A stretch of DNA of 63,844 bases, filler included, from Dimargaris cristalligena (Eukaryota): assembly GCA_003614675.1 (NCBI GenBank). It is 20 parts of 20 records of this genome, joined end to end, with 100 filler letters (N's around TTAATTAATTAA, not from the genome) between each part and the next. Parts side by side here need not be neighbours in the genome. Positions count along the whole stretch, not along the records: positions 1 to 3,152 come from ML004022.1; positions 3,253 to 6,397 come from ML004023.1; positions 6,498 to 9,641 come from ML004024.1; positions 9,742 to 12,884 come from ML004025.1; 16 more parts are not named here. The stretch is one strand, 5' to 3'. Below the pieces are notes generated by a model that made no database searches, had not been told where the DNA came from, and was given only the letters and a program-made list of their open reading frames with translations. Shown piece after piece: positions 1-12,825 of the stretch (within the stretch, counting starts at the first letter, position 1; each line of letters begins with the position of its first letter). A program made the translations under genes and the position numbers.

Positions 1-3000
1 CTCCATATTTTATATAAAAAGGCAGCCCTGTCAATCTGTTCTTACGAATAACCTGCCAGTCGAATAGTGGAAGGATGTCGGAAAGGTGGGTACACGAAAC
101 GTAATCACCGTGCGAGCTATCTGAGTTGGTGAATAATGTAGGTAAAACTACACATCAGGGGGGGGGGGAGGCAGTGGGAGCTCACGAGAATATTAAAAGC
201 TGGTGGAGCGATGGACCCTGGTAAGGTTACACGTTTATCGTCTAGTGCTGCCCATGCCTCCCTGACTAGCGTATTTTAAAATAGAAGACATCCCGTAGGT
301 GGGTGGTACTTGTACCCTAGTCACGCATGTACTAAGAGTAGGTACACAGAGGGCGTATTTTAGCGTAGGACGAAAGCCCCTTCCTCTTGGCCATTTTACT
401 TTCGCCAGCCGACCCGACTAAATATTGCCCAGTAATACCCAATGTCGTGGTTTGTGGCTATAGTATCCCCCCCTTCCCTCCCTCCCCCTTCGCTATCGGG
501 GGTTTGAAAAGGAGGGAAGGGGGAGTCATCACTCGGGTCTCAAATGCAGAAAAAAAATCATTACTGGGCCACTTGGGTTACTAGGCGGCAGGAAGTAGAA
601 ATCTATTCGGTGTCGCTTTGGGCAATCGTATTCGGGTGTAGGCCGCTCCAAAAAAATGCTGGGTTGGAGAGTAGGCCTAATATAAAAGGAAAGGGGGATG
701 GGCAGCCTAAATTCCATCGGCTAGTACTAAGTAATATTAGAGCAGGATTCTCAATTCGCTGTAATTATCCACGCCATTTTTTCATGTCTAGGATTACTTT
801 ATTTTTGGTGTGAATCCCTAAATGTATGGCACATCTCGTGAATATTACCCAAGAAATTAGGAATATACCCCATCTATTTAATGCCCGCTATAAGGGGGTG
901 GAGGGGTAAAACCGTAGCCGCTATTCACCCTCCGTTCTCGTGCTTTATTTTATTCTCCTATTGCCCATTCCTCTGCATTTTGAACAGAGAGCCCAATGCC
1001 AAGCGGGACTACGAATTCGCGATGAATAACCAATAAGATTGGCCAACCGATGTCCCTTTGAGCATTTTACTTTGGCTATCGGATTATGTCGCTCCGTATA
1101 GGGTTTATCGGCCTATCTAGATTTAAGAATCGCCTAAGGGGAGAGCGGTGAGGCTAGCCACATCTCCCAGTTCCTTGGCGCAAATATTCGGGCTCATAGT
1201 TTTCCCGCCAACGAGGAAGAGCCCCACTGGTTTCGCAAATACGGGCATTTATTGACGTTCTCCAAAAATGTAAATTGATACTAGTGGTTACTCTCCCCAA
1301 TCCTCCTCTTAATGGAAATAGGCCCTTGCATATATCAGTTCCTATCTACTTATAGAAAAGTACTAATTGTACTTGGCCGAGTATAGTTGAAAGTACTATC
1401 CGTCAAAAATTTTCAACTGTCATTGTTATCTGCACTGTCTTAAAAGAGAGGGAGTGTACATGTGATGGGGTAATGCCTATCGAGTCAGTCGTAAAAATAA
1501 GACCTGCCAAAAATCCACGCCACGAACGTATAGGTATGCAAGGGTTGTGTGCCATTTGTAAAGTTATTGGAAGTAACCAGCAATTGGACAGGAGGAATCG
1601 TTGGTGTACCATAGCCGTCCGTCCGAGCCCCTGTCCCCCCAGTACCACCACCGCCGCTCATAATAGAGTTTGGGGTATCACCTACGCCCAAAATATCTGT
1701 GACAGTGATTGCACCCGACGTGCAACGCGTTGACATTTAGAGCGACTTATGCTAAATTTTGCCAGAGCTAAGGACGCCGTAGTCTGCTTCATTCGTGGCC
1801 ACATCATTGGGCACAAAGAAGACCAGGTCCACTTGATGGGCAGCCGGGGCTATGTTGGGTATCGCCTCAGGTTCCATACACTCAACTGTCGGTTCACCCG
1901 CGCACCTCCTGGTGACCGGGCCAGCGTGAGTGAGTATGTGTATATATGTATGTGTGGGTGGGTACTCAAAGACAATGAGTAGGCGAAGATATACAGTGTG
2001 GAATTTGGCTAGTAGTGACTACCATGGTTATTTATATACTCTCCTCCACTCTGTTAAAATGCCGCTGTCACCACATCGATTTTTGAAGCGGGGGTTTCTG
2101 GTATAGAAACTGGCTCTAAGTCGTTTGAATGATGTAGTTTCCGACAGTAAATATTCACCATGAGCCGGGCCATCTGCCCAAACTGTTTGCATTATTGTCG
2201 TATAAGCGACCGGAATTAAACTGCTATTTATTTTATCTGGGCAAGTCCCTTGTGGGAAGGGGTCCCAATTAGGCACGGAAAATATAAATAAATACATTGG
2301 TTGGGCCGGGGCCTTTTAGGATATTAATGCTAGTATTTTTAGACAACGCCGTAGAATTGATATAGCAAAATGCGAAATATATAAATGGACTATGCTATCC
2401 ATACAATCCTAAATTGTACATCCCGTAAGCCAACCCATGTGCAGCTAAAGTAATTTGTTCACATAATTATTGAGAGCTAGTGACAGGTGTCCCCATCCCT
2501 ACAGCACTAGACCTATGAATGCAGGATAAGGGTTTCACTGCCATTTTATAGAATTTTAATGTTGATATAAAGCCCCCCTCTAGTTTATGGGGAAAGTAAA
2601 AGCTGAGGAAACAAATGGGATAGATTTTTGGGGACCAAAGCTCATGGTAAATGGTGTATGAGATTGTAGGCATATTGAATACAGGGTATCTAAGTTCTTC
2701 CCATAATAGCAGAAACAACATATTCTTGTTGAGAAAATAACTGAAAAATATATATTGTAATAAGAATATGCCTATATATCTCTTCTGTAAGACTACAGTG
2801 CCTTTAATCTGTGAAATCCAATGCAATACATGTTATTTACCTATGGTTCCTGTGAGGTGTATTGGCACTTCCCCTTTTAAGCACAACATCCCCATTACTC
2901 GGGCCTATATGCTTTGAATTTAAAATAAAACCCAGAAAATAGCTCAATTGGAATTACTAAGCACCTTGCCTCTATCTCTTCTGATCATATCAATTATATC

Positions 3001-3152
3001 CAGTGATTCTATCACTATATAATTAAGCTTGCAATAATATCCAATACATTACAATGATAGATAGGCAAATACTTTGTTTCAAAAAAATACATAATACTGT
3101 TGTGGTCGCACTTAATACCACAAGGTAATATAGCCTGATAACCTTATCAGGG

Positions 3153-3252
3153 NNNNNNNNNNNNNNNNNNNNNNNNNNNNNNNNNNNNNNNNNNNNTTAA
3201 TTAATTAANNNNNNNNNNNNNNNNNNNNNNNNNNNNNNNNNNNNNNNNNNNN
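3153..3252. other. Artificial contig linker (N44-TTAATTAATTAA-N44), first of 19
   Basis: Identical 100-bp spacer with six-frame stops, also at 6398, 9642, 12885, 16106, 19323, 22532, 25741, 28949, 32147, 35344, 38540, 41735, 44917, 48097, 51163, 54338, 57510 and 60678. Contig lengths fall almost monotonically from ~3.15 to ~3.07 kb. Confidence 0.99.
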
Positions 3253-4024
3253 TAAATGAATGAATAGTAATGCATTAGTGTATAGAGAGGGATGGGTGAA
3301 TGGTAATATTGCTGGGAATAGTGGCCAGAAACTGGGGGGAGGGGTGTTGGTCTTGTTGCTTTGGGGTGGAGGGTGAGGGTAGTTTGCCATGCATGCTATA
3401 GGTGTGTTGGTATTGGGATTATCTAATCCACCACTAGGATTCAAAACATGGGTTAGTGTGCCCTGCTCAAGTGTAGAGCACTGGGGCATGGATAGTGGTG
3501 TACCTAGGCCAGACAAAGGTGGGACACTAGGTCCAGAGGAACGAATGGGGAGACACAACATTGAAGAGAAAGTGTTAAGTGTTTATGTATTTTTGAGGGA
3601 AGAAATAAGTAAATTATTAGTTTTTATTGTTTTTATATAATAGTAATTGTGAAAAAAATAGGAATTATGAACAAAATATTGTTTTCCATTGCAGGAAGAG
3701 GGCTCCCTGAACAGAGGTCGCAAATCCGTCATTATAAATAACACAGAATCTCATTAACAGGTTTAAATACCATCATAATATCATCACAACACATGGCCGT
3801 TATCATGAGTATAAAATAACAAATTGGGAGTTGACTTCCCAAAAGGCGTGGAATATTTCTCATAAAATTTGTCATATCAATTGTAATTGTTAATATTTGA
3901 TTAAAAAAACAGTCGTAAGTATTGTAATATTTGATGATTGTCGTGTTAACATAAGAATTGGCAGATGAATTGATAGCCAGATACTGAAGGCTGTCAGCCA
4001 ACATTCTCACGGCACTACATAGGC

Positions 4025-4213
4025 CTAGTTCTGGGTGAAGCCCTTTCCCCTCTTAGCATCACAGTGGATAAGGGTCTTTTCCTCACTACCACTGCAGTGC
4101 ACCAGGGGCAAAGAGTGGGAAAGGGAAGAAGTGTCAGGCAGGCTGGCTAGGGCAAAAGCACACATGGCAAGGGTGGTGACAAGGAAGGTCTTGATGAAAG
4201 AAGTGGACTGCAT
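4025..4213 (-). pseudogene. Decayed small secreted pre-propeptide gene
   Basis: MQSTSFIKTFLVTTLAMCAFALA resembles a signal peptide. The ORF has no CpG. Two HC dipeptides (CAC TGC, CAC TGT) revert to RR Kex2-type sites if CpG decay is undone. Confidence 0.45.
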
Positions 4214-6040
4214 TATGAGGAGGGGGAAGTGGGAGTTTGAGTGGGGGAAGGGAGGAGTAAAAATATTGGATTGGAATGAAGAAGTGAGGTAAATGAATGG
4301 GATGCTTGGATATTATTGAGAGTACTGGTGGGCAATTACCATCATTTTATACTGAAATTCTCAGAAGATAGTAACAGGAAATACAAGAACTGGTTGGCCC
4401 CAAAAATGGTTGTCCCATCTTTAGTCACCAGCAATAAATTTACTATGCTTATAATATTGGTATTCCTGGCTGGAATATTGCTTAGGTGCACTATTATCCA
4501 TTTCACTCAGTACTTTCTAAAGTTAAGTTAGGGGAGTTGACCAAAGTGCTACTCTGCTGGAAGAGATGGGATTTAATGAGACTTCTCTTTCAAAGGTTTC
4601 TCATAGAGGCTTTGTATTGCATCCTGTGACTCAGGGTCAGTCCCATCTAATCAATGGGGGAGACTAGTAGTATGTATTGGAATTTCCTGGACTTGGGCCA
4701 CCTAGGTTGTTGTTACACCCCTTGGAGATTAACAGACTTATTAGTCTTCTTCTTAAAAGCCATAATTCCCTTTGATGGGACTATCCAAGCTAATAGCCAT
4801 CCTCTTATGTGTTTAAGATATCCTACTTGACTTCTCGTAAACCATCTTTTCCATGGAGAGGATTAACCAATTGAGGGAACAATACAATGAAGTAAAATAA
4901 ATTGAGATGGTTAGGATATTCTATAGTGCAATTTATGGCAACCACTTGACTTGAAAAAAGGCCATCATGGATTATTTTTATCCTGCCAGAGGGATGATTA
5001 GCCAAAGTCTGATGGATGCTTTAATCAAAATCAAAGGGAAAAGCAAGTGAAGAAGTATATACATCCTCTCCAACAAATCTACAGTCACTTATTGGATTCT
5101 GCACCTTTGTTCACAAATAACAAATATATAAAGATCAGTATGATGGACAGAAGGGTATTGTTTTACTTCACTGCTACAGCCTTATGGCCAAGGGAGAAGG
5201 GGGAGAATGTGTTTATTTACATCTTCTTGCAAAGGTCTGGATGGTGGTGACCCGGATTGACTAGCCATAGTGCCCCCATAGTTCTCTAACCTGGGGCGTA
5301 GGTTTTTACTACTCATTAAACATGGAGGCTGGCTATCCTCAGCTCAGTGGCTCACTTGTATAGGTGGGGGTGCACCATAAATTATTGCAGGACTAACTTT
5401 GTAGCCTTGCTTCATGGTAGCTTAGCAGTTTTGGTCTGTTACAGGATGGCTTATATTATTAGTTGGAGGGAGGATATGACTTTCCACCAGTTAAGTGCTG
5501 TATACATGTTTGCCCCTAAATAACTAGCTATACAGGTTAATATGTATATATATATATATATATATTTAAAGGGATTCTAGTAGGGCTCATTTTCTAAGCT
5601 ACGCAAACCAAACAGGGGAATTATGGGGTTAAGCAACAGGGTGGTCTGGTAGGCAGTTCAATAGTAGGGATTCCAGGACCCATTCCAATTTGTCATTTCT
5701 TATAAAGCTGTCAATCTAAACTGTGTCATTATTGAGGGTGGGAAAGAACTGAATTTACAATATAGCCCAACTTCTCACTGTAATGCTATGTTGTATTGAC
5801 TGTGCTGAAGCTATGCCTTTATTGCAGGGGTGTATAATTAGCTGAAGAGTGAAAAAGTAGGTAGTTGAGGAATTAGCTGATTGTCCCCTGCCAACCTCAA
5901 TAAATTAACATATAGTAGAGCATAGTCTGGATAGTGTTTTGTTGTTGAGTGACTAGAGAAATACACAATAAACTGGCCACTAAGGAGTGGTAGCTCATTA
6001 ACCTTCTGGCCACTCTAATATAAAATACTGGTATCTGCCC

Positions 6041-6397
6041 TATCAACCCTCCTAATCTGACAATCTAAACCTAATAATTTACCATCCTTATTAGGCCTTA
6101 TAGTGCCATACTAACCCCCCCCCCCTATAGTCACCCCTGGTACTATGGGGTCATCAGTTATTATATAACTCTACTCATTCCAACTCCAATACTTTGCACC
6201 CCAAAACACTCAACTTACCAATCCAAGTCTCTTCCAGTTCCCATGAGAGTCTTCCCAATGTGAAGCCATCCAGTCAGATTCTTTACCTATCCATACCTTA
6301 ACCTTAGTAGTATTTCCCTTGGGACCTCCCTCTGGAGCTGTCCCCACATATATATAACCAGGCCCCACTGGGACTGGTTCAATTCCTTAGCTTATTC
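6041..6397 (+). repeat. Solo-LTR-like family A, partial copy cut by the contig end
   Basis: Colinear with 26930-27280 and 58262-58610 (taggccttatagt, ggtactatggg, cttccagttccca, ctctggag, catatatataac). Confidence 0.85.
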
Positions 6398-6517
6398 NNN
6401 NNNNNNNNNNNNNNNNNNNNNNNNNNNNNNNNNNNNNNNNNTTAATTAATTAANNNNNNNNNNNNNNNNNNNNNNNNNNNNNNNNNNNNNNNNNNNNAAT
6501 TCCCGCGCCTCCTTGAT

Positions 6518-6590
6518 AGAACTAGGTGATGATGACACCTAGTCCTTCATAGTTAGTCGGCTTTAATCCTTTAGATTATTAAGCACGACA
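6518..6590 (-). repeat. LTR-terminus-like repeat, family B
   Basis: Near-identical reverse complement of 25668-25740. Begins TGTCGTGC and contains an ACTAGG..CCTAGT hairpin. Confidence 0.8.
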
Positions 6591-6815
6591 ACCTATGTAA
6601 CCATTCCGTGGGCCTTGGGGGCCGCTGGGTACAAAGAAAGGGACGCGGGAAATAATTAATGAAGGGAACAAGATAGAATGGAAAAGAATTCACCGAGAAA
6701 TAGGTCGGACTTTTAAATGCAAGGAAGAAGGGCGGACTTTTTAATGCAAACCGCGAGTGTAAAAATAATATTATTATTTTTGGTGTTTTTAGTATATGCC
6801 ACAGTGTAGGCGGTA
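6591..6815 (-). repeat. Dispersed repeat family C, CpG-retaining copy
   Basis: Reverse-complement homolog of 25901-26125. Confidence 0.8.
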
Positions 6816-7115
6816 ATTATAGTGGGAAAATGACGGGAATGATACCGCCGTTGTATATTGCGGTATATTCCGCCCTCTGATGATGAGGACTGGCTGTCCA
6901 TAGTCCAAGGATAAGTGCCGACCTCCGGATGGCACTACACTAGTGTAGGGCTATGTGAATTTACCTTTCTCAGCCCCCGTTCCCCTACATGAATCAGAGA
7001 GGTTCACATCTCACTTGCAATTATCGCTATTGTCTCTCTCACTAATGTAAGACCTAATCATTGTGGCAATTGCTACAGCTGTAATTGGGGGGGACCCGCC
7101 CACCACACTCAGGAG

Positions 7116-7780
7116 TGTAACGATATGAGTTAAGAGAAAACCTCACTTCGTTCAGTGTCAATGTTGGTGTTGAGTCAAAGGTTTATTCAAGGTATGGAAA
7201 TAATATAGATAAAAATAAGCAGACAAATAAAATAACTAGAAAGTAATGGTGCGAGTTGTTGGAGATAATGATGGTTGTTGTTTTTCCGACGTCCACCAAG
7301 GACGTTCTTTATAAAGTATTGGCATGGTTTTTGGGACTGGGATGTAAATGTGGCGTGTTGTAGTAAAGCCAGGATACCTTGGAAGGATGTAAGGCAGTAA
7401 TGACTCGAACTGCCAAGTGATAATTAAAGGGATGCGGAGAGACATGTTGATAATATAATGTGCATTAGACAAGGGACGTAAAACGTCACGAGGAGGACAA
7501 TCGACCCTACAGTGTTCTCCTCCAAGGTGACGACCTACCGATGTACAGGGGGGTCCACCAAACCTCCATAATGGAAGAGGACGGCCCTCCCCCGCCGATA
7601 TAAGAGCTACACCTTCTTTCAGGGGAATAAAATTAACCATCCACCCAGCGGGTGAGGATCGTGCATCTTTAAATAACATATTACTATTCGAATATTCTTA
7701 TAGTTATTTGAATTCGCACTCGCTCTTCTCAGCATAATATTCCCCACTTTGACCTGTCCCACTCAGCACTTTAGGTTACA
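7116..7780 (-). mobile_element. Probable solo LTR, ~665 bp
   Basis: Termini TGTAAC...GTTACA form a perfect 6-bp inverted pair. TATA-like and AATAAA signals lie on the minus strand. Flanks GGAG/GCAG are only an imperfect target-site duplication. Confidence 0.5.
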
Positions 7781-8006
7781 GCAGTATTGGGCTGTAAACC
7801 ACAGCCTTGGATGTGACGCATTTTACTGAGGTATTGGGCATGTATCTTAGCTCAACAGCTCGCTGAACACGGGGCAGAGAGCCAGTCCTAGGGGATTAAA
7901 TAATGTAGTTGAGGCGCATGGGAACTAAGTGAAAAATAAGGCAAGCAGACGCGGAAGAAATTGGGCTAAAGTGATGATGTAACGATTATCTGGTATAATT
8001 ACTATT

Positions 8007-8144
8007 TGGGTGAAATTCGGCCCAGCTATATAAGGGTTTACATTATACGTGTATGGGAAAATACATGGGGAATGTATTTTTAACTAGTAATATTGGTCGA
8101 ATTTAATGGATTTTTCGTTGTACAGCTTGGATGAACTTCTCCCA
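8007..8144. mobile_element. MITE-like element, ~140 bp with ~27-bp imperfect TIRs
   Basis: Left end tgggtgaaattcggcccagctatataa matches the reverse complement of the right end, tgggagaagttcatccaagctgtacaa. Homologs at 42754-42991 and 51263-51319. Confidence 0.7.
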
Positions 8145-8817
8145 TTTTAATCAATAAAAGGCGCCAGTCGACCTATCTGGGGGTAATGCGGAGGCACATT
8201 AGAACAACACGTATAATACTTCGGAAACAAATTCTATTCACCACAAGTGCAAGTGTAAACGTAACATAGTTGTAACCGTATCCCTCCTAGTATTCAGGGG
8301 TTAGCCACAAGTGATACGACATGCTCAAATTCACAGCTATAAATCTCGAGTACATTTTGCCTATATCCACGTCACCAAGACCTCCGGTATTTAAGATCCC
8401 CTAAACTAAAACTAAATCTATATTTCAATCCGCTAAACCGCCAGTTGTGATGGGTTCCTGTGTTTAGTTAACCTCACCTAGCCTCAACAGACTTAAGTCT
8501 TTCGTTTATTCTCTGCATTGTTATACATATATCTATAAACAATGACCAATTCATATTAATCCATACGGTATTGCACTATCCCGATGAAGCCCCCACCCCC
8601 CTTCCCTATTGAGAGGGGAGTGTTAATTTTGTTGATATAACGATTTGACTGATATATAAAGTGTAAAATATCCTCAATAGTTCCAATTTAAGCCTATCCC
8701 AATATACTTATTCTAGCATTGATCAGCTACCTAATTCATTAGCCGTCCAGTTGAACCCGTAATTTTTCTGTTATTTATTTTGTATTTCCCCACCGCCCCA
8801 ATCTACATTATTCGATC

Positions 8818-9641
8818 ATGTATTCTCCAGTCGACTTCACCAAAAACTGCCGTGTCTATATGCCTGCGGATCCCATTGATTATCAGTCTGCGGGCGACTT
8901 GCCTCTTGGCAAACCCCGCCAATGTGTGGCGGGCTATGTCAGTTGGTCGCACCCCCTTCCACTTCCGGCCTTGGTAGGAGACGGACAGTCTGACCTCACT
9001 CCGTCCTGCCAAATGGCCCTAGCACTTCTCCTGAGCCGTTACCACCGCCAACCCGCCGTCGCTTTCACTCACTGGACGGGTCCAATCGGGGGCGAAGCAG
9101 CCGGTCAGCAACTCAGGTTGGTTCTCGCCCAAGTTAAGCCGGATGTTCCACTTAACTCTTCTATCCTGCAGGAGACTGGGTCCGACTATTTACCCAGCCC
9201 CACCGACCCGGTGGCTGAGGTCATTCTTCGCGTCGACAACGCTGGGCCAAGTAAAAATCAACCAATGTTCCCCCCAACTGAGCATATTGGGCAACCTAGC
9301 GAATCTGACGCTGACCCGTCCTCTGTCGCGATTTTGCTTGAGACGACCGCCCGACTTATGGTTAGTTGCGAGTGGCATCATGGTCAGGCCCGAATCACAG
9401 TCACCTATGCCCGAGCTCAGTATCGCGGATCGGCCGTAGCCGAGTTTGCCCTCCAACTGGGTACCGTTCTATTAGCTGTAGTCGAGACTACAGACCAAGG
9501 TCAGTCTGTTTTAACGCGCGATATTCATTGGGTCAGCGACAATGAACGAACCCGTCTGATGGAGTTCTCTCGCATGAATGTGCCCATCCAAACAGTCGAG
9601 CAACCAGTCCACTGTCTATTCAGTCAGTGTGCCCAGCGTTA
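8818..9641 (+). CDS. Nonribosomal peptide synthetase, N-terminal part (degenerate condensation domain running into an adenylation domain); 3' partial
   Basis: ALALLLSRY...VAF and ITVTYARAQY..SAV..FA.QL..VL match the C-terminal half of a C domain. WVSDNERTRLMEFS...PVHCLFSQCAQR matches the C-A linker and A-domain entry. The ORF is open to the contig end. Confidence 0.85.
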
Positions 9642-9741
9642 NNNNNNNNNNNNNNNNNNNNNNNNNNNNNNNNNNNNNNNNNNNNTTAATTAATTAANNN
9701 NNNNNNNNNNNNNNNNNNNNNNNNNNNNNNNNNNNNNNNNN

Positions 9742-9798
9742 CACAGGTATGAAGTATTACTATTTGATTATTATATTTATATATAAGGTATGAAGCGG
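9742..9798 (-). repeat. Repeat family D, left part
   Basis: Reverse complement ccgcttcataccttatatataaatataataa...catacctgtg aligns with 29478-29534. Its first 25 bp are identical to 12860-12884. Confidence 0.75.
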
Positions 9799-10620
9799 CT
9801 CGTTGTTGCGCTGCAGAAGATGCAGTTCCTGTTCCTTGCTGGCCAGCTGAATCTTGGCGGTAGTCTCGTTATATTTGGCCTCCTGGATGTGGGTTTCGTT
9901 AAGAGCCGCGGCGTTCTTCGCCTCGGCGAGCTGGGCGCTCAGCTCATTGCAGCGGTTCTCCACCCGTTCAATCTCCTGGAGGCGCTGGTCCAGCTGTTCG
10001 GCCCGCTCATTTTTATCGACCTCGGCGCGTTCTAACCGCTGCTGCAACTTCTGGATCTGCTCCCGGAGTTCGTCATTCTGGGTATCGCGTTGGGCCAGGA
10101 TGTCCCGGTGCTGATGGGAGGCCTGCAACGCCGCCGCGAGGTCTTTCTCCAGGGCGGTCAGGCGGGCGTTAGCTTTGGTCAAGGCCGCCTGGTACTGTTG
10201 ATTCTGGCGTTCCAAGTGGTGCAATTCTTGTTCGTGGGTCAACGCGTGGAGCCGCTGGCTGGCTTTACCTTCCTCTAGCTGGGCGGTCAGGTGAGTCACC
10301 AGTCGCTCCCGATCGGCATGGGACGCGGAAAGCTTTTCTTCGAGTAGGGCCAGGAAGCGTTTAAGGCCGCGGTCGTGTCCATTTAAGTCGTGTACGATGG
10401 TGTCAAGGCCCAGCGTGATTTCGGAAGAGCTGGGGTCAGAGGCTTCGGCGGAGGGCGTCGCCTGGTCCAACCTGGCAGTCAGAGGGGGCAAGATTTGACC
10501 CAGTCGCTCGGCTAGTCTGTGTGGAGTCTCGCTTAGAGCAACGAGGGCATCGCCGGGCTGGCCCACCAGGGAAGCTACCTGGGTGAAAGGGCCCACAGGT
10601 GACGCTACAGCGGCGTCCAT
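9760..10620 (-). CDS. TPR/Mlp1-like nuclear basket coiled-coil protein, N-terminal fragment truncated at ~9799
   Basis: Long heptad coiled coil ending KEQELHLLQRNNE, resembling the TPR/Mlp1 QELELLKxNNEWL motif. It then runs without a splice donor into AT-rich repeat DNA (PLHTLYINIIIK*). Confidence 0.7.
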   Translation of the reverse strand: MDAAVASPVGPFTQVASLVGQPGDALVALSETPHRLAERLGQILPPLTARLDQATPSAEASDPSSSEITLGLDTIVHDLNGHDRGLKRFLALLEEKLSASHADRERLVTHLTAQLEEGKASQRLHALTHEQELHHLERQNQQYQAALTKANARLTALEKDLAAALQASHQHRDILAQRDTQNDELREQIQKLQQRLERAEVDKNERAEQLDQRLQEIERVENRCNELSAQLAEAKNAAALNETHIQEAKYNETTAKIQLASKEQELHLLQRNNEPLHTLYINIIIK

Positions 10621-12387
10621 GGTGGAAGATGGCGTCGCTTTGTTAGGGGAGGGCCTAATAAAAGGCAAACGTATAAAGAGATGTCCAACTGGAGATAAAT
10701 TGAATGGAGATGAATTCTATAGGATATTCTATAAACAAAAGAATGCGAATGGGTAAAAAGAGGTTAGAGGGATCCTACCATAAAGTAAATAGCTCAATGG
10801 AAGGAAGGGGAGAATGGTGAAGAAGCCTAAACTGGGAAGATAATTCACCCGATACACCTACCTAGCAACGCCAATGGACGGGCACGACTGGTTTCAAATT
10901 AATTGAAGGGTATACATGAATCATCGGCTTGTAGCTTCTTTAAATCAACAAAGTAACCCCACAAAGAAGGGAAGCTCCCTGCAACACAAGGGGCATATAA
11001 AGGAGCCCTCTCCGAACAGAATGAAAATACTTCTTTATTCATACCGGATCCAACCGTAACCTTTTTAAAATTGGCATCGGCATTTCTGGCTAATAAACAA
11101 ACCGCAGATACAGGAGCTGTCGCTTACTAGCCCTGTCTTGGGTCCCACTAGCTAGCTCTATTCGTTGAACCCACACGCTCTTGCCTGACCTGAGGGCGAA
11201 GGTATTCGATAATAATAAAAGTAGAAATCGCCATAATTTGATTATCTGAGATTCATTTGTTGGCCACCACCTCAATGACCACGCCGCCCAGCCCTGGTGT
11301 TATAGATATAAGTCAGAAGGCTAAGACCAAAATCAACAACAATAGTACTTACTGGTAAGGAAGCACTGGGATCATTATGCCAACACTCTCAATACATCTG
11401 TATAACCAGCCATTTATCGATGTTATGGATGCATGATTAAGTGTTAAGCCCCTCTCTCCCTCCATTGACAGCCCCGGGGTATAACGGACACGTCACGCTT
11501 CCGTGTGATTGTTTTCTGAAATCCCTTTAATAATACAAGCACTGCGTCTAGCGGGAATAGGGGGTGCCTCTATAAATCTATTTATCTTACTGGACCCAGC
11601 CCTTCGAGTTACCAAGGGATGCCAGATACACCTACCCGGTTCTTTGCTTACGCAAATACGCACCTCCTTTTGTGCTCCCCCGATTTTTGTACTGATATTC
11701 AGGCTACAGTCCTACTAGAGTAGACAGTGTCTGGCAGTTTTTCTATACTACCGACCTACTATTACCGCCACCGATACCCGTCTACATAAACTGGTTCCCT
11801 TTGCATTTTATTCAAAACTACTCTCTACGTGACCAATAGCCCGACCAGGGGCCATATACCATTGTGAAGCTACGGCTAAAATAACTAATAATCAAGGAAG
11901 GGTCGCTGAACTAACATGTAGGAGTGCACACACACGAGAGAGGTCTAACACAGTCATATAGAATGTTAAACAAGATGCGGATAATATAATTACACGGATA
12001 TTAACTTTAGATCCGAAAATCTTACCCCAATAAATTATGATTTGGTAGATAACTCAAGCGTATCTCACACACATTGACAGACGAGTTAAGTACTCGGTAG
12101 AAATATATCACTTATGCTTTAGAATAATAATAATAATATAGTACTAGAGAAACAAGCCTGGTAAACCGCGACGGAATAATTTATAGTATAAATGGACCGG
12201 ACTTTAAATCATGTACATTACCCTGATATGCGGGTAACTAGTACCCGATTCAAAAACTTACTAAATAGCTAGAGTAGGCCTAATTTTGCTAGTAATTGAC
12301 GCCCTTGGATTGCTTCATGAGTACACCACCGTTAAGTCGATTCACAAAGGAGGCTTTGGCAAGATCAGCAAAAGACCAAAATAATAT

Positions 12388-12460
12388 TGCCCTCTGCCGG
12401 ATTTGAACCAGCGATCTCCTGTTTACAAGACAGGTGCCTTAGCCGCTTGGCCAAGAGGGC
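12388..12460 (-). tRNA. tRNA-Thr(UGU)
   Basis: GCCCTCT acceptor stem, D arm TGGCCAAGCGGCTAAGGC, anticodon arm CCTGT-CTTGTAA-ACAGG, T arm GCTGGTTCAAATCCGGC, discriminator A. No intron, 73 nt. Confidence 0.97.
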
Positions 12461-12825
12461 AATTGCGAAAAATTTGCATTTTAATACTATTTTAAATATA
12501 GTTATATTTCTAATAGTAACCCATTTTGATTAGATTAAGGACTGTTTTAAACCCTTTAATAGCTCCATAAAGGAGGTGGAGGAATATAGCTTAATTTTCT
12601 AACTTACTTTATAATTAGCATGGACTGCCGCATCGATTTCCACATATTGTCTGAGCCACAGCACAAAAACTTATCACCCACTTTGAGAAGGAGTGTCAAT
12701 CATTACTGCAGGCCCCCTAAGCACTACCATCAATACTGGCATTGGGGGAGCTTGATGGAGCCACAGATCTAAGCAGGGATAGTGACTGCCGTTTGCATAG
12801 GTGATGTCCTCTATAACGGAAGGCC

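Noticed and set aside
6521-6543. Apparent compensatory base changes in the ACTAGG..CCTAGT hairpin between the family-B copies
   Set aside because: The differences are CG to TG or CA, so CpG decay of one ancestral palindrome explains them without selection on structure.
12614-12650. ATTAGCATGG resembling U6 snRNA (also GCGCAAGGAT near 16229)
   Set aside because: No ACAGAGA box or complete internal stem-loop; only short chance matches.
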